DNA of 63,884 bases, the filler included, from Reticulomyxa filosa (taxonomy: Eukaryota > Protista > Foraminifera): NCBI GenBank assembly GCA_000512085.1. It is 20 parts of 20 records of this genome, joined end to end, with 100 filler letters (N's around TTAATTAATTAA, not from the genome) between each part and the next. Parts side by side here need not be neighbours in the genome. Positions count along the whole stretch, not along the records: positions 51,068 to 54,212 come from ASPP01023139.1; positions 54,313 to 55,464 come from ASPP01022710.1; positions 55,565 to 58,633 come from ASPP01009871.1; positions 58,734 to 60,421 come from ASPP01004859.1; positions 60,522 to 61,641 come from ASPP01011755.1; positions 61,742 to 62,770 come from ASPP01027897.1; positions 62,871 to 63,884 come from ASPP01021026.1; 13 more parts are not named here. One strand, written 5' to 3'. Below, one piece after another: positions 52,904 through 63,884 of the stretch (position 1 is the first letter of the stretch; each line of letters starts with the position of its first letter). The position numbers and the translations under genes were made by a program. The notes beneath the pieces were generated by a model that was not told the DNA's origin, made no database searches, and was given only the letters and a program-made list of their open reading frames with translations.

Positions 52904-54157
52904 TTATATAACTTTTCTTTGTTGAAAAATGATGTCATAATCTGTGGTATCTTGACTTTCCACGCAATACCACTCACCACTTTTACTTTTGCGAATCTCT
53001 GTCCTAATATCTTGCAACATTTGCTTGAATGGATAACCACTCTTATATTTTGATATGACAACATTGTTCATGCATTGACTTAATAATGACAAGTCAGCAA
53101 CTCGATGTCCTTTTGTAGTTGACCAAATAATTAAAAACCCATCATCATTGTGTCCGTATAGTGTTTCATTTCCTCGCGTTACAAGCTCGTGAGATTTTGG
53201 AGCATTTCCACCACGACAAGCATCAATAATAAAAATTTTAGGAAAATTTTTGAATGATTCCATTTTATTGCAATTAAATAGCGAACGTATTTCATCAATT
53301 GATACATGCTTTCCATCACTTGCAACTAACATATTTTCATTCTCTCCATGTCCACAAATAGTCAATATCAATCCATCATATTCCTTAGTATTTTTGCGCA
53401 GTCTGAAATTGAGTATTACTTGATCTATGAAATCTAGAATATCTCCTCTTGTCATTTTTGGAGATGGATTACACACAATTTCATAATTCAACACTTGTTC
53501 AAATAATTGCTTAAAATTCGTAATGTCCTTTTCCCTCACATTTTTGAGATTTTTCCATTTGTCGTTGTCATCATATTCACTGATAGCAATTATTATTACC
53601 AATGCATTTTTGATAGTTTTGGTTTTTCCGATTAATAGCGGTTGAAATGTAGTCAAAATTATTTTAAATTCAGGGTTGTTACTTTCAAACTTTTTTTTTA
53701 CATCTTCATCCGATTCAATAATTTTACCTTTCATATCAGTCAATTCGAGCTTCAAATTACCATTTCCCATTTTTTGCAAGTCTTTCCATTCTAGGCAATC
53801 ATGCGCTTGACGAAAGAGTTCTTCCAATGTCAGTTCTTTCATTTTTATCAACTCTTTTCTTTTATCCATTATCACGTATGCTGTCAGCTATTTATAAATG
53901 TTTTGATTAAAATTCAATCAAAAACAAGAGTAAAAGAACTATAATTGATTAACTTGCTTTTCTTTGTTGTTTTGATTAATTGCAGCCAAGCTTTCAATGG
54001 AAAAACGAATATAAGCAATATCATTTTTTGTTATTGCATTTTTCCATTTGCATTCATTCAATAACCATACCCTAAATTGTTCATTTGACATTGTTTTAAA
54101 TTTTTGAATTATCTCTATTTTGTCTTTTTGTTCTCTTTCATCCACCATTTCATCCAT
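52904..54157 (-). CDS. Caspase-like peptidase (clan CD, family C14, p20 domain)
   Basis: Exons 54157-53954 and 53887-52904. Motifs NALVIIIAISEY, catalytic His in CGHG, PKIFIIDACRG with catalytic Cys, and WSTTKGH. Confidence 0.9.
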
Positions 54158-54177
54158 TTTTTTTCCATTTTTTTATT

Positions 54178-54212
<35 letters not shown>

Positions 54213-54579
54213 NNNNNNNNNNNNNNNNNNNNNNNNNNNNNNNNNNNNNNNNNNNNTTAATTAATTAANNNNNNNNNNNNNNNNNNNNNNNNNNNNNNNN
54301 NNNNNNNNNNNNTTTTTTTTTTTGTGTTTGATTTGTTTTTGTTTTTTGCTTTTGCTTTGTTGAGATCGATTTATTTTTAATTTTGTCGTATTGGTATCTT
54401 GTGTTGCAATTCCAATTTTTTTTTGTTTTGTTTTAATTAATAATTAAATAATTTTTTTTTTTCAAACTTATCTCTCTCTCTCTCTATCTCTTCTTAATTA
54501 ATTAAAATAACATTTTCTTGTTCTTTTTTGTAAAATTATTGAAATTCAATATTTATATTAAATAATATCTTTTAATAAA

Positions 54580-55464
54580 TGTCAAGGGAACAGAAAAATC
54601 CCTAGTATATTAAATTATTTACTTTTCTTTTTTTATTTAAATTACTTTCGTTTTACGAAATTACGATTCTCGCTCTTTTGATCAATTTAAAATAAAAGAG
54701 TAATAATTTAAATAAATGATAAAGAGAAAACAAATAACAATATTTAACAAGTGAAAGAGGAAAGATAAGTCGTGAAAGTGAGTAGGGGTTCCAAAGTCCA
54801 TTTGGGGTGCGAGAATTGCTTATTACACACCTCTTGTATTACAGTTAGTGCACCAATACTATCAGTAGACGTCACACAATATAAACATTTTAATTCTTTA
54901 TATAAATAATTTATATTATTAATAATATATGTATTATTATATCTTTTTTTATTTTATTTGATTATTTCTTTTATTAATAATAATATATATAAGGCCAAGT
55001 CCATACTGTAGATGATTCAACTTTGATGAGCTTTCAGTGAGCTAAACTTTTTTCACTTCTTGTTTTTGTTTTTCTTTCTTTTATTGTATGTGAGTTTTCT
55101 GCTACTGAGAGAGAGAGAGAGAGAGATGCACAAACTGTAATACGAAAAGTTTTCACTCTTTTGAGCAATTTAAAACAAAAGAGTAATAATTTAAATAAAT
55201 GATAAAGAGAAAACAAATAACAATATTCAATAAGTGAAAGAGGAAAGATAAATAGTGTGTTGTTAGCATAAAAGGGTTCCAAAGTCCATTTTAGATGCAA
55301 GAATTGCTTATTACACACCTCTTGTATTATAGTTAGTACATCAATACTATTCACAATAAATTATTTATATAAATAATTTATATTATTAATAATATATGTA
55401 TATGTATATATTCTTTTTTGTTTTATTTGATTATTTTTTTTATTAATAATAATATATATAAGGC
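54580..55464 (+). mobile_element. Tandem array of short non-coding LTR units (TRIM-like): LTR-leader-LTR-leader-LTR start
   Basis: 54670-54995 and 55150-55464 are near-identical. LTR ends (GTATTA(C/T)A) are at 54843 and 55331, and LTR starts TATAAGGC(CAAGTCC) at 54988 and ~55457. GTCAAGGGAAC at 54581 is shared with the 15961 LTR. Confidence 0.7.
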
Positions 55465-55587
55465 NNNNNNNNNNNNNNNNNNNNNNNNNNNNNNNNNNNN
55501 NNNNNNNNTTAATTAATTAANNNNNNNNNNNNNNNNNNNNNNNNNNNNNNNNNNNNNNNNNNNNAAAAAAAAAAAAAAAAAATTCAG

Positions 55588-56996
55588 ACGTCAAACTTTT
55601 CAGTAAAGTCAAAGAACGTGAAATGTACGGAAGAGTACATTTACAGTAGATACAGCTACGACAGCAGTGAAGTGACGACATTGGAGAACGGGGAGATGCA
55701 AGTGTGCCCGCGAAGACGCGAGTACGTATTCCGAACAAAGAAGAGAGTGGGTCGAACGGGTGTGTTGCTCGTGGGTATTGGCGGGAACAATGGGACAACG
55801 GTGGTGAGTTCGATTTACGCGAACAAAGAGAACTTGACATGGGAAACGAGAAGAGGGATGCAAAAAGCAAATTATTTTGGGAGCATCACCCATGCAGGGA
55901 CAACATTTTTAGGAGTGAACCAAAAGACAAATGAGGAAGTGTTTGTGCCATTACGTACGTTGGTGCCAATGTTGCATGGTAACGATATCATTGTGGATGG
56001 TTGGGATATCAACGACATGACATTGGACGAAGCCGTATCTCGTGCGCAAGTGTTCCCATCGACATTGCAATCCAAACTTAAGCCGTATTTGAAAAAACTG
56101 GGCAAGCCAATGAAGAGCATTTATTACCCAGATTTCATTGCCAGCAATCAGATGGATCGAGCTAACAACGTGTTGCCGGGAGGGGATACGTGCTGCAAGG
56201 AGCACCTGACGCAGCTGCGCAAGGACATCCGCAACTTCAAAAGCAAGCATCAACTGGACACAGTGATCGTGCTATGGACGGCCAACACCGAGCGCTATTG
56301 CAAAGTACTTCGAGGGTGCATGACACCGAAGAAAATTTATTAGCGGCTATCGAACATGGACATAAAGAGATATCCCCGTCGCAAATGTTTGCGGTAGCAT
56401 CGCTGTTGGAAGGGTGTTGCTATTTAAATGGATCGCCGCAAAATACCTTTGTGCCGGCCATTGTCGCGATGGCACAACGACGACATTTGTTCATTGGAGG
56501 AGATGACTTCAAAAGTGGACAGACCAAAATCAAGTCGGTGCTGGTCGACTTCTTGGTGGCGAGCGGATTGAAACCCACCTCCATTGTCAGCTATAATCAC
56601 TTAGGTAATAACGACGGCAAAAACTTGGCCGAAGAGAAACAGTTCCGTTCCAAGGAAATCTCCAAATCCAATGTCGTCGATGACATGGTACACAGCAATC
56701 ACATCCTTTATCCTTGTCCCGATGGCAAAGATAAACCCGACCATGTCGTGGTCATTAAGTACGTACCCAGTGTCGGAGACAGCAAGAGAGCTATGGACGA
56801 ATACATTGCGTCCATTTTCATGGGCGGCCGCCAAACCATTGCCATTCATAACACCTGTGAAGACTCGCTTCTGGCCGCACCGATCATCATCGATCTGGTT
56901 GTTCTCACCGAGTTGTTCCAACGAATACAATGGAAACTTTGTTCTTCTAGCTGTGGTAGTGGTAGTGGTGAGGCCGGTGATGATTGTCATACTAAC

Positions 56997-57038
<42 letters not shown>

Positions 57039-57420
57039 AACAATAATAATTGTAACAGTAATGGCAATAATTACAATCATAATAAAGAGGAGGAGGAGGA
57101 GGAGGACCCCTTTTGTATCAACGATGACCATTCTTGGAACTCTTTTCGCTCCTATTTTGACTGTTTTATCCTTTTTACTCAAAGTTTTGAGTCTTTTATT
57201 TTTTTTAAAAAAAATGCAAAAAAAAATGTGTATACGTTCATTTTTTTTTTTTGCTTCTGTTGCTCTCTAGGCTCCACTGGTACCTGATGACTCTCCTTTA
57301 GTGAATGCATTATTCAGACAAAGAGCTTGCATTGAAAATATCTTGCGTGCGTGTGTGGGGTTAGCTCCCATCAATGACATGCATTTGGAGTATAAAACCG
57401 ACCATTATCGTCGCCTGTAA
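55588..57420 (+). CDS. INO1: myo-inositol-1-phosphate synthase (5'-partial)
   Basis: All core motifs present: [58 protein letters not shown], and a final exon APLVP...[13 protein letters not shown]. 1-nt frameshifts in homopolymers at ~56313 and ~57145. Confidence 0.96.
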
Positions 57421-57950
57421 GAAAAGCAAAAAAAGGAAAAAAATTTTTTTTTTTTTTTTTTGCGTGTGTTACACGCTCTTTCTTTTTTTGTAGGTGTTTC
57501 TGGTCTTGACAAAAAGGTACAGACGCAAAAAAAATTTTGGTAGGTCCCTGGCGAACACCAAAATTTTTTTCCTATTTTTTTTTGTAGACCGTTTTCTGAA
57601 TTGGTAGGTGTTGGAGAAAAAAAAATTTGTAGATCGTAGTTTTGATCTTGTTGCTGTTGAAAATTTTTAATTTAATTCTAAAAAAAATTAAAAGAAATCT
57701 TTAAACATTCTTGCATTCAAAGTTCCAGTGTGGAGGTTAACAAGCAATGAGAGATAGGAAGAGTTTTTAAATGCTGGAAAAAGGATACAAAATTGTTTCA
57801 AAAGTAAAAAAAAAAAACGGTTAGTCGGGTTAATGTTTTTGACTGCAAAAAAAAAGCCTGAAATAAATTTTATAATCATCGGAGAAAAAGAGAAGGACGA
57901 AAGGGGGTGAGGAAGAGGAAGGGGGGAGTGGGATGGGATGAAAAAAGATT

Positions 57951-58633
57951 ATGGCAGGTTCCATTCCGGCGGAGAGTGTGTATGCAGTAGTATCATTAGT
58001 GACCTCGGAATCATATGTAGTGGGCGCGCAAGTGCTAATTCACTCGCTGCATCGCAATGGAGGCTTGAAAGGGAGGAAAGACTTGGCTTTGCGCGTGATA
58101 AGTAATGTGTTGGTGACCAAGAGCATAGGAAAGGAAAGTCGCAAGTTGTTGAAAGAGTCGGGATGGGACTATGTAACAGAGGTGTCAGAAATTCCGAATC
58201 CATTGGAAAAAGGATCAAAAGAGGCGAGTTCATTGCACTGGTATAACAGTGGCTATACCAAGTTGCGAATCTTCGAAATGGTGCAATTGACAACAGCAGT
58301 AGCAGGAACAAAGACAGAAAAAAGCATTACCAACGACGTGACAACAAAGAAGCAATTGAGAATTAAAAAGCTGTTTTATATCGATGCTGATTGCATTGTC
58401 GTGAGAGACATATCGGACATTTTTAAACTCCCGGATGACGTCACTTTCGCAGCAGCACCAGACCTGTGTCCACCAGACCATTTCAATGCCGGTGTTTTGT
58501 TCATTCAACCCAATGTGCAAACGTTCCAACAGTTGCTGCGCAATGTCGCTTACGTCAACTCCTGTTTCGTTTTTTTTTTTTTTTTGTGGGGGGGGTAGGA
58601 AAAAAAGGGGGGGGAAGGAGAAGAAAAAAAAAA
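57951..58633 (+). CDS. Glycosyltransferase family 8 (glycogenin/galactinol synthase/PGSIP-like), 3'-partial
   Basis: YAVVSLVTSESYVVGAQVLIHSL, YTKLRIF, YIDAD (DxD), FAAAPD..PPDHFNAGVLFIQPN. Confidence 0.9.
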
Positions 58634-58733
58634 NNNNNNNNNNNNNNNNNNNNNNNNNNNNNNNNNNNNNNNNNNNNTTAATTAATTAANNNNNNNNNNN
58701 NNNNNNNNNNNNNNNNNNNNNNNNNNNNNNNNN

Positions 58734-59232
58734 TTTTGCTTTTGCCTTTGCTTTTGTTTTTGTCTTTGTCTTTGTTGCTGTCGCCGATGTCGTCTATTTT
58801 TTTCCTCTTTTTTGGCGTTTGACTTTGGGGCTCTTCCTCGTCTTTTCTTCTTTTTCCTTCTTCTTTTTCAGTATTCTCGATCCTATCTTTTTCTTCCATT
58901 TCTATTGCTTCTTTTTCCACTTCATTATTCTCCGTCTCTACGCCCTTATTCCAGTTCCTTTGTTGTTTTTCCCCCCCCCCCATGTGTATCTCTGTTTGTA
59001 AATGACCATTACTTTTGCTTTTTTTTTTTTTTTAAGTTGTTTTTGTTGTTGTTTCTCTTTTTGCTGCTTCTTCTTTTTCAGATCTCATTTTGTAAGACAA
59101 CACAAAAGTCCTCAATCTATGCAAACCGATTTTCTTTGTCGCAGCATTCTTGTATTCTTTTTCTTGCATGTTGCCCTGCTTGCCGCTGACGTCTTTAATA
59201 CAAACACAGCACAAAGCGACTTCATGTGCCAT
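58734..59232 (-). CDS. Charged low-complexity coding fragment, product unknown
   Basis: E/K-rich frames (58734-58983, 59032-59232) with a KKRKK NLS-like motif. The structure cannot be resolved. Confidence 0.3.
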
Positions 59233-60558
59233 CGTAACAAAAAAGATAGATCAATACCTCCTCATCAAGTTGTAAATGGTAACAATGTACGACCTGTAAA
59301 TTAATGAGTTGACTCTTTTCTGAATTTAATTTTACAAAAACGCATATTTTTTTGTAAACCTCATATTTTAAACGTTGTTCTTTTACACTTGCAGACAAAA
59401 TACTTCTTTGAATGAAAGCACATGTAGACAAAACAATAAAGTTGATGGAAAAAGCATCCATCACAGATTCAAAGTTAGATGATCACAACACATACTGCAT
59501 AAAGTGAGCAATAATTGCGGAAGCAGATATGACACAGTTGTGTTGCGCCAAGCAAGTGGAACAAACCATAAGCGACGCAAGAAGGACAAAGAACACTTGC
59601 AAAATTTGGGATACGTTGAATGTCGTGAACATTTGTACTTTTTTCATGTATTTCACAAAAAAAAACGAGCCCACCAAAGTAATGTGAAGCGTTGGATAGA
59701 AACGCACCCATAAAAATATTTCGTGTTGACAAATACAGTTGTAATTAATAGCGGGTAAAATTTCATGACGTTTCTTTTTTTAAAAAATAACAGTCATTAT
59801 TCTTAGCAAAGTCAGGTTTTTTTGCAAGCAAAGTGGTTCGAAAAAACATGTGTAATCAAAAATCTGCTGACAAGGATTTTTTGCGAACATGGAAAAAAGC
59901 CGGGAATTAATTTCCCATTTGACGATTTTCAATTAAAGTTGCAATTTGCAGTTAACCACATTTTCTGTACTAATTAAAGGCTTTTTATTATTATTTTGAT
60001 CTTGTCTGAGTCCGATACATAATAGACGTACGTACTCATTAAGACAATATAAAACAATGCCAACCAGTATGCAAAGCACACACACACACACAAGTCCAGT
60101 GTCAACACAGAACCATTTACTGGTATATTACTTTGTAAATAGTATGACAAATACACAGACTCAAGCGTTCACAAAAGCGCCGAGTGTTAATAGTGCACAA
60201 CATCTGATCTTCTTCGGTGTTTTTTGTTTTTTTTTTTTTTGTGTGATTGTTGCTTGTTCCTAGGCGGATCACCCTCACAAGAGAAGAGGGGGCACACAAA
60301 CAAGCCCACAAAAAAAAACAAAAAACATGACTAATGTTTTCACATTAGTATTTTGAATACCAACGAAAACAACAGCAACAAAAACAACAACGACGCAAAT
60401 GAAAATAAAGTGAGAGAGAGANNNNNNNNNNNNNNNNNNNNNNNNNNNNNNNNNNNNNNNNNNNNTTAATTAATTAANNNNNNNNNNNNNNNNNNNNNNN
60501 NNNNNNNNNNNNNNNNNNNNNAAAAAAAAAAAAAAAATGGACAAATCAAATATAATAA

Positions 60559-61597
60559 GTCACTAGAAACAGCAAGCGAAGAAGAAAATGAAGAAGAAAA
60601 CGAAGAAGAAAATGAAAATGAAAATGAAGAGAACAAAAGTGAAGACGCAGAGTCTGAAAAGGAAGCAAGCAAAAGTGAGGCAAAGCCAAGTGTAAGGCGA
60701 TTGTCAAGTCAGTCGAAACAATCTGAGCAGTCCCCATCTGCACCATCACAATCACAATCACAATCACAATCACAATCACAATCACAATCACAATCACGAT
60801 CACCTACCCCAATCCTAACTCCAACATCGACGTCAAGACCAGGATTGTCAAGACCAGGATTATCATTATCACTATCATCACCACCACCATCATCACCACC
60901 ACCAAAGTCATCGCCACCACCATCACCACCACCACCACCAAAGTCATCATCATCGCCATCATCATCATCGCCACCGCCACCAAAGGCATCACGATCAGAG
61001 CCATTGTCGCAATCGAAGCCGTCATCACTACCAATGCGAGCGCGATTGCAATCGCAACCCCAGCCAAAAACGGCCATGCAGTTGTCGTCAAAGCCAACGA
61101 TGCAATCACAGCCAAAGCGCCTGGGGTCAGCGAAGCAAGAGGAGCAGTCTTGGAAGCCAATGAAAGCGTCTGAGGCGGTGAAGCAATTTGCAGTCAAATC
61201 ACAAAGTCAAAGTCAAAGTCAAAGTCAAAGTCAAAATCAAAGTCAGAGCGTGGCGTCGGATCGATTGGGTCTGAGTGGCTCAAATGCGAGACCTCGGAGC
61301 ACCACAGATAAGGCTATCATAACAACTACTGCTGCAATCGCAGCTACTGTCACAAGCAATGACAAAGTCACAACTACAATTGCAGCTACAGCTACAACTG
61401 CAACTGCAGCTGCAACTGCAATTGTAACTACAAATACAACTCCAAATACAGCCAAAGTTACTACAGTTTCAAGTACAAGTGATACGAGGAGTGTAAGTGA
61501 TGCAAGTAATGACCGCAAAGGAAAGAAGGAGGAGAAACAAGTTTCTAGTCACGATGAAATCGACAAACAGCAAAAGACAAATAACTCAGCTATCAAA
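60559..61597 (+). CDS. Internal exon of a Ser/Gln/Pro/Thr low-complexity protein
   Basis: Bounded by an A-rich acceptor (AG at 60557-60558) and a GTATGT(T)n donor. Encodes poly-E, (SQ)n, poly-P/S and A/T tracts, with one apparent frameshift near 60680. Confidence 0.6.
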
Positions 61598-61601
61598 GTA
61601 T

Positions 61602-61641
<40 letters not shown>

Positions 61642-61879
61642 NNNNNNNNNNNNNNNNNNNNNNNNNNNNNNNNNNNNNNNNNNNNTTAATTAATTAANNN
61701 NNNNNNNNNNNNNNNNNNNNNNNNNNNNNNNNNNNNNNNNNCCGAAAAACAGGGCGAAGTGTTCATTTGATTACTTGTGACAAACTTTTGTGCATTAGCT
61801 AAACTTTTTTTTGACTAATGCACAAAAGTTTGTTCCAAGTAATCAAATGAACACTTCGATACTGTTTTTCATGCTGACA

Positions 61880-62560
61880 CAGGTGTCCAAAAACGAGAAA
61901 ACTTTTTTACGATGTACGAATCAATTCTGGTCCCATGCTACTAAAAAAGATTTTTTGGCACAAAAACGTCTTTTCAGTCGAATTAATTTTCGGGCTTAAA
62001 AAAATGGTATCACGTATTATGACGACCACCAACTGTGCATACGTGTTATGAAGAAATTTTTGTTGGCTGTAATGTGCTGGAACAGAAACAATCAGCCAAA
62101 CAGCTTGCAAAGAAAATTAACAAAAGTTACATGCTTTTTGTCTTTTGAAATAATTTGCAACTTTGAGAGCTGAAAACCATCAAAGGCTACGCACACTGCT
62201 AAGTAATTATTTAATGTACGGTTCGTTTTTGTTACTCGGATCAAAAAATAATGTGACAAAAACACGAAAACATACTTAAGTGATCAAAACGAAAACACTT
62301 TTTGGCAATTGCCTAAAACAGCAACTCATACACCACAAGGCACATTCTTCAATTAAATCACTTTGGGCTTAAAAAAAGATTGTTTCATGAGTGTGCGTTA
62401 TGAAAAAGATTTTTGTTGACTGTAAAAAAGTCGATAAAAAATCATTAAAAAAAGAAATTTTGATTGCATTGCAACAAACGTGTCTGGCTTATGCGTATCA
62501 ATTTGTGTAACGTGTACAATAAATGAGATGAGCAAAAAATCATTAAAAAGTTTTTTGATT
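61880..62560. repeat. Degenerate ~370-bp tandem repeat, non-coding
   Basis: GGGCTTAAAAAAA at ~61992 and ~62365. TTATGAA(G/A)AA..TTTTTGTTG(G/A)CTGTAA at ~62046 and ~62398. AAAAATCATTAAAAA at ~62437 and ~62535. Confidence 0.5.
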
Positions 62561-63884
62561 GCTGATTAGCCGGTGGAGTTGCAGAGGGAATCGTTTGTGT
62601 TGTGATCCATTGCTATCTCTCTATCTGCGACAAAAGGCTTGCAAAAAGGTGTGTTTGATCGATTGATATTACCCTGTTGGAGGGTAGATGAGATTGTTTG
62701 TCTGGCGCCGCAAAAAAAAAAAAGCAAACAAAATTGGCCATAAAAAAGTTTTTTGATTGGTTGCAGACTTNNNNNNNNNNNNNNNNNNNNNNNNNNNNNN
62801 NNNNNNNNNNNNNNTTAATTAATTAANNNNNNNNNNNNNNNNNNNNNNNNNNNNNNNNNNNNNNNNNNNNTCGTTATTTTTTTGATTTTAAATTTGGTGG
62901 TTGGTTATAAAGCTTATTTTATTCATTTTAGTTAATGTGAAACAGCAGAATTTACTTTGGGGGAATAAACAATGTATGGATGAAAATAATTTTATTAAGA
63001 TATTTCGTTTGAAATGAAAGTGATTTGATGCACTTATATTTAGTTGTGTGTTTTTAATAGAATGGTTTAAATATTAGTCAAAATTAAGAACAGTCAAAAG
63101 GGTACGTTAAAATTTAACCAAATTAGATACAGTGATTGCAAAGAAAGTATAAAACTTTATATTGCAGTGATAATAATAAGTCATGTCTTTCTTTTTGTGA
63201 GAAAAATTTGTTACTTATTGTATAGCATTGACCATGTCATCCAATTTAAAGAAATGTACAATGCGTGGAAGTACAAACAAAGTAAAAGGTGATAGTAAAT
63301 CAAATGCATTGAATGGATAATCATCAGATATTCCCAGTCACTCAAAATTGATGAACTTACTCTCGAAACAATTGAAAGTTCCATATGAAGAAGTATAAAT
63401 TGAATAGCATTTGAACAAGCACTTATTACAAAAGCAAATGTATACACTATTCAAACAGGAACATTTCATCGTCGTGATGCATCAACTAATTAAACTTATT
63501 TTTAATTTTATCTTAATTCAGCAGAACGAGTCCATTTTTATCAATTTTAGAAGTCCAAATTTCCAAAACTTATTAAAGATTTCAAAGAAATTGATAAGAA
63601 ATATGTTCGATTTTATTTTAACAATAATGTATTTTGTTTGTTTAAGCTTAAGTACAGTAGAATGCAAAGTAAAGTTGACATCTAAAACGGCACATTATAT
63701 AAATGATTGATTTTCTACATGAAAAAACAACATTCAAACCTAATTTTTTTAAAAATATCTACAAATCGTGTACTTTTTAAATATCATTTTGGTTTTTTAT
63801 TAAATCTTTCCTAATTGTTTAAAAAATTTGAATCATTTTTGAAAATTTTTGAGAAAAAGTTGACAATCGTGCCTACGTCGTAAC

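Noticed and set aside
59222-60311. Hydrophobic minus-strand frames as a receptor gene
   Set aside because: They are short, interrupted by stops, and have no recoverable exon structure or motif.
7050-60690. Many 1-nt frameshifts (~7050, 29250, 36303, 39645, 46600, 56313, 57145, 60680) as programmed frameshifting or RNA editing
   Set aside because: Most sit in or beside homopolymer runs, they share no slippery motif, and one is in the unrelated bacterial contig. This fits pyrosequencing-type indel error.
5624-62870. Regularly recurring TTAATTAATTAA palindrome as a biological repeat or CRISPR-like array
   Set aside because: It is always centred in exactly 44+44 N, so it is an assembly linker. 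Gene neighbourhoods across it mean nothing.
62871-63884. Possible gene in the last contig
   Set aside because: Only stop-riddled AT-rich frames with no recognisable motif.

Overview
This window is not one locus. It is 20 short contigs joined by 19 artificial 100-nt spacers (44 N + TTAATTAATTAA + 44 N). Nineteen contigs are AT-rich, intron-containing DNA from a standard-code protist. The style (A-run acceptors, TATATG microsatellite introns, caspase-like gene, many pseudogenes) resembles the foraminiferan Reticulomyxa filosa, which is an inference. One contig (28518-30110) is a GC-rich betaproteobacterial atpA-atpG-atpD fragment. Recognisable eukaryotic genes: a triple-SAM coiled-coil protein, a bacterial-type sirtuin, a 10-repeat membrane protein, glyoxalase II, ENY2/Sus1, a Yrb30-like Ran-binding protein, an ARM+PH protein, a Cys/His-rich protein, a TM RING-H2 ligase, a WD40 protein, a probable SLOG-like/WLM protease fusion, EEP-family fragments, a caspase-like C14 peptidase, and INO1 next to a GT8 glycosyltransferase. 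The most interesting non-coding signals are (1) a Ty3/gypsy-type LTR family with a TRIM-like tandem array whose primer-binding site is complementary to the LTR itself (Tf1-like self-priming geometry), and (2) introns with U-rich 5' halves and A-rich 3' halves instead of a polypyrimidine tract. Many single-base frameshifts, mostly in homopolymer runs, look like sequencing error.
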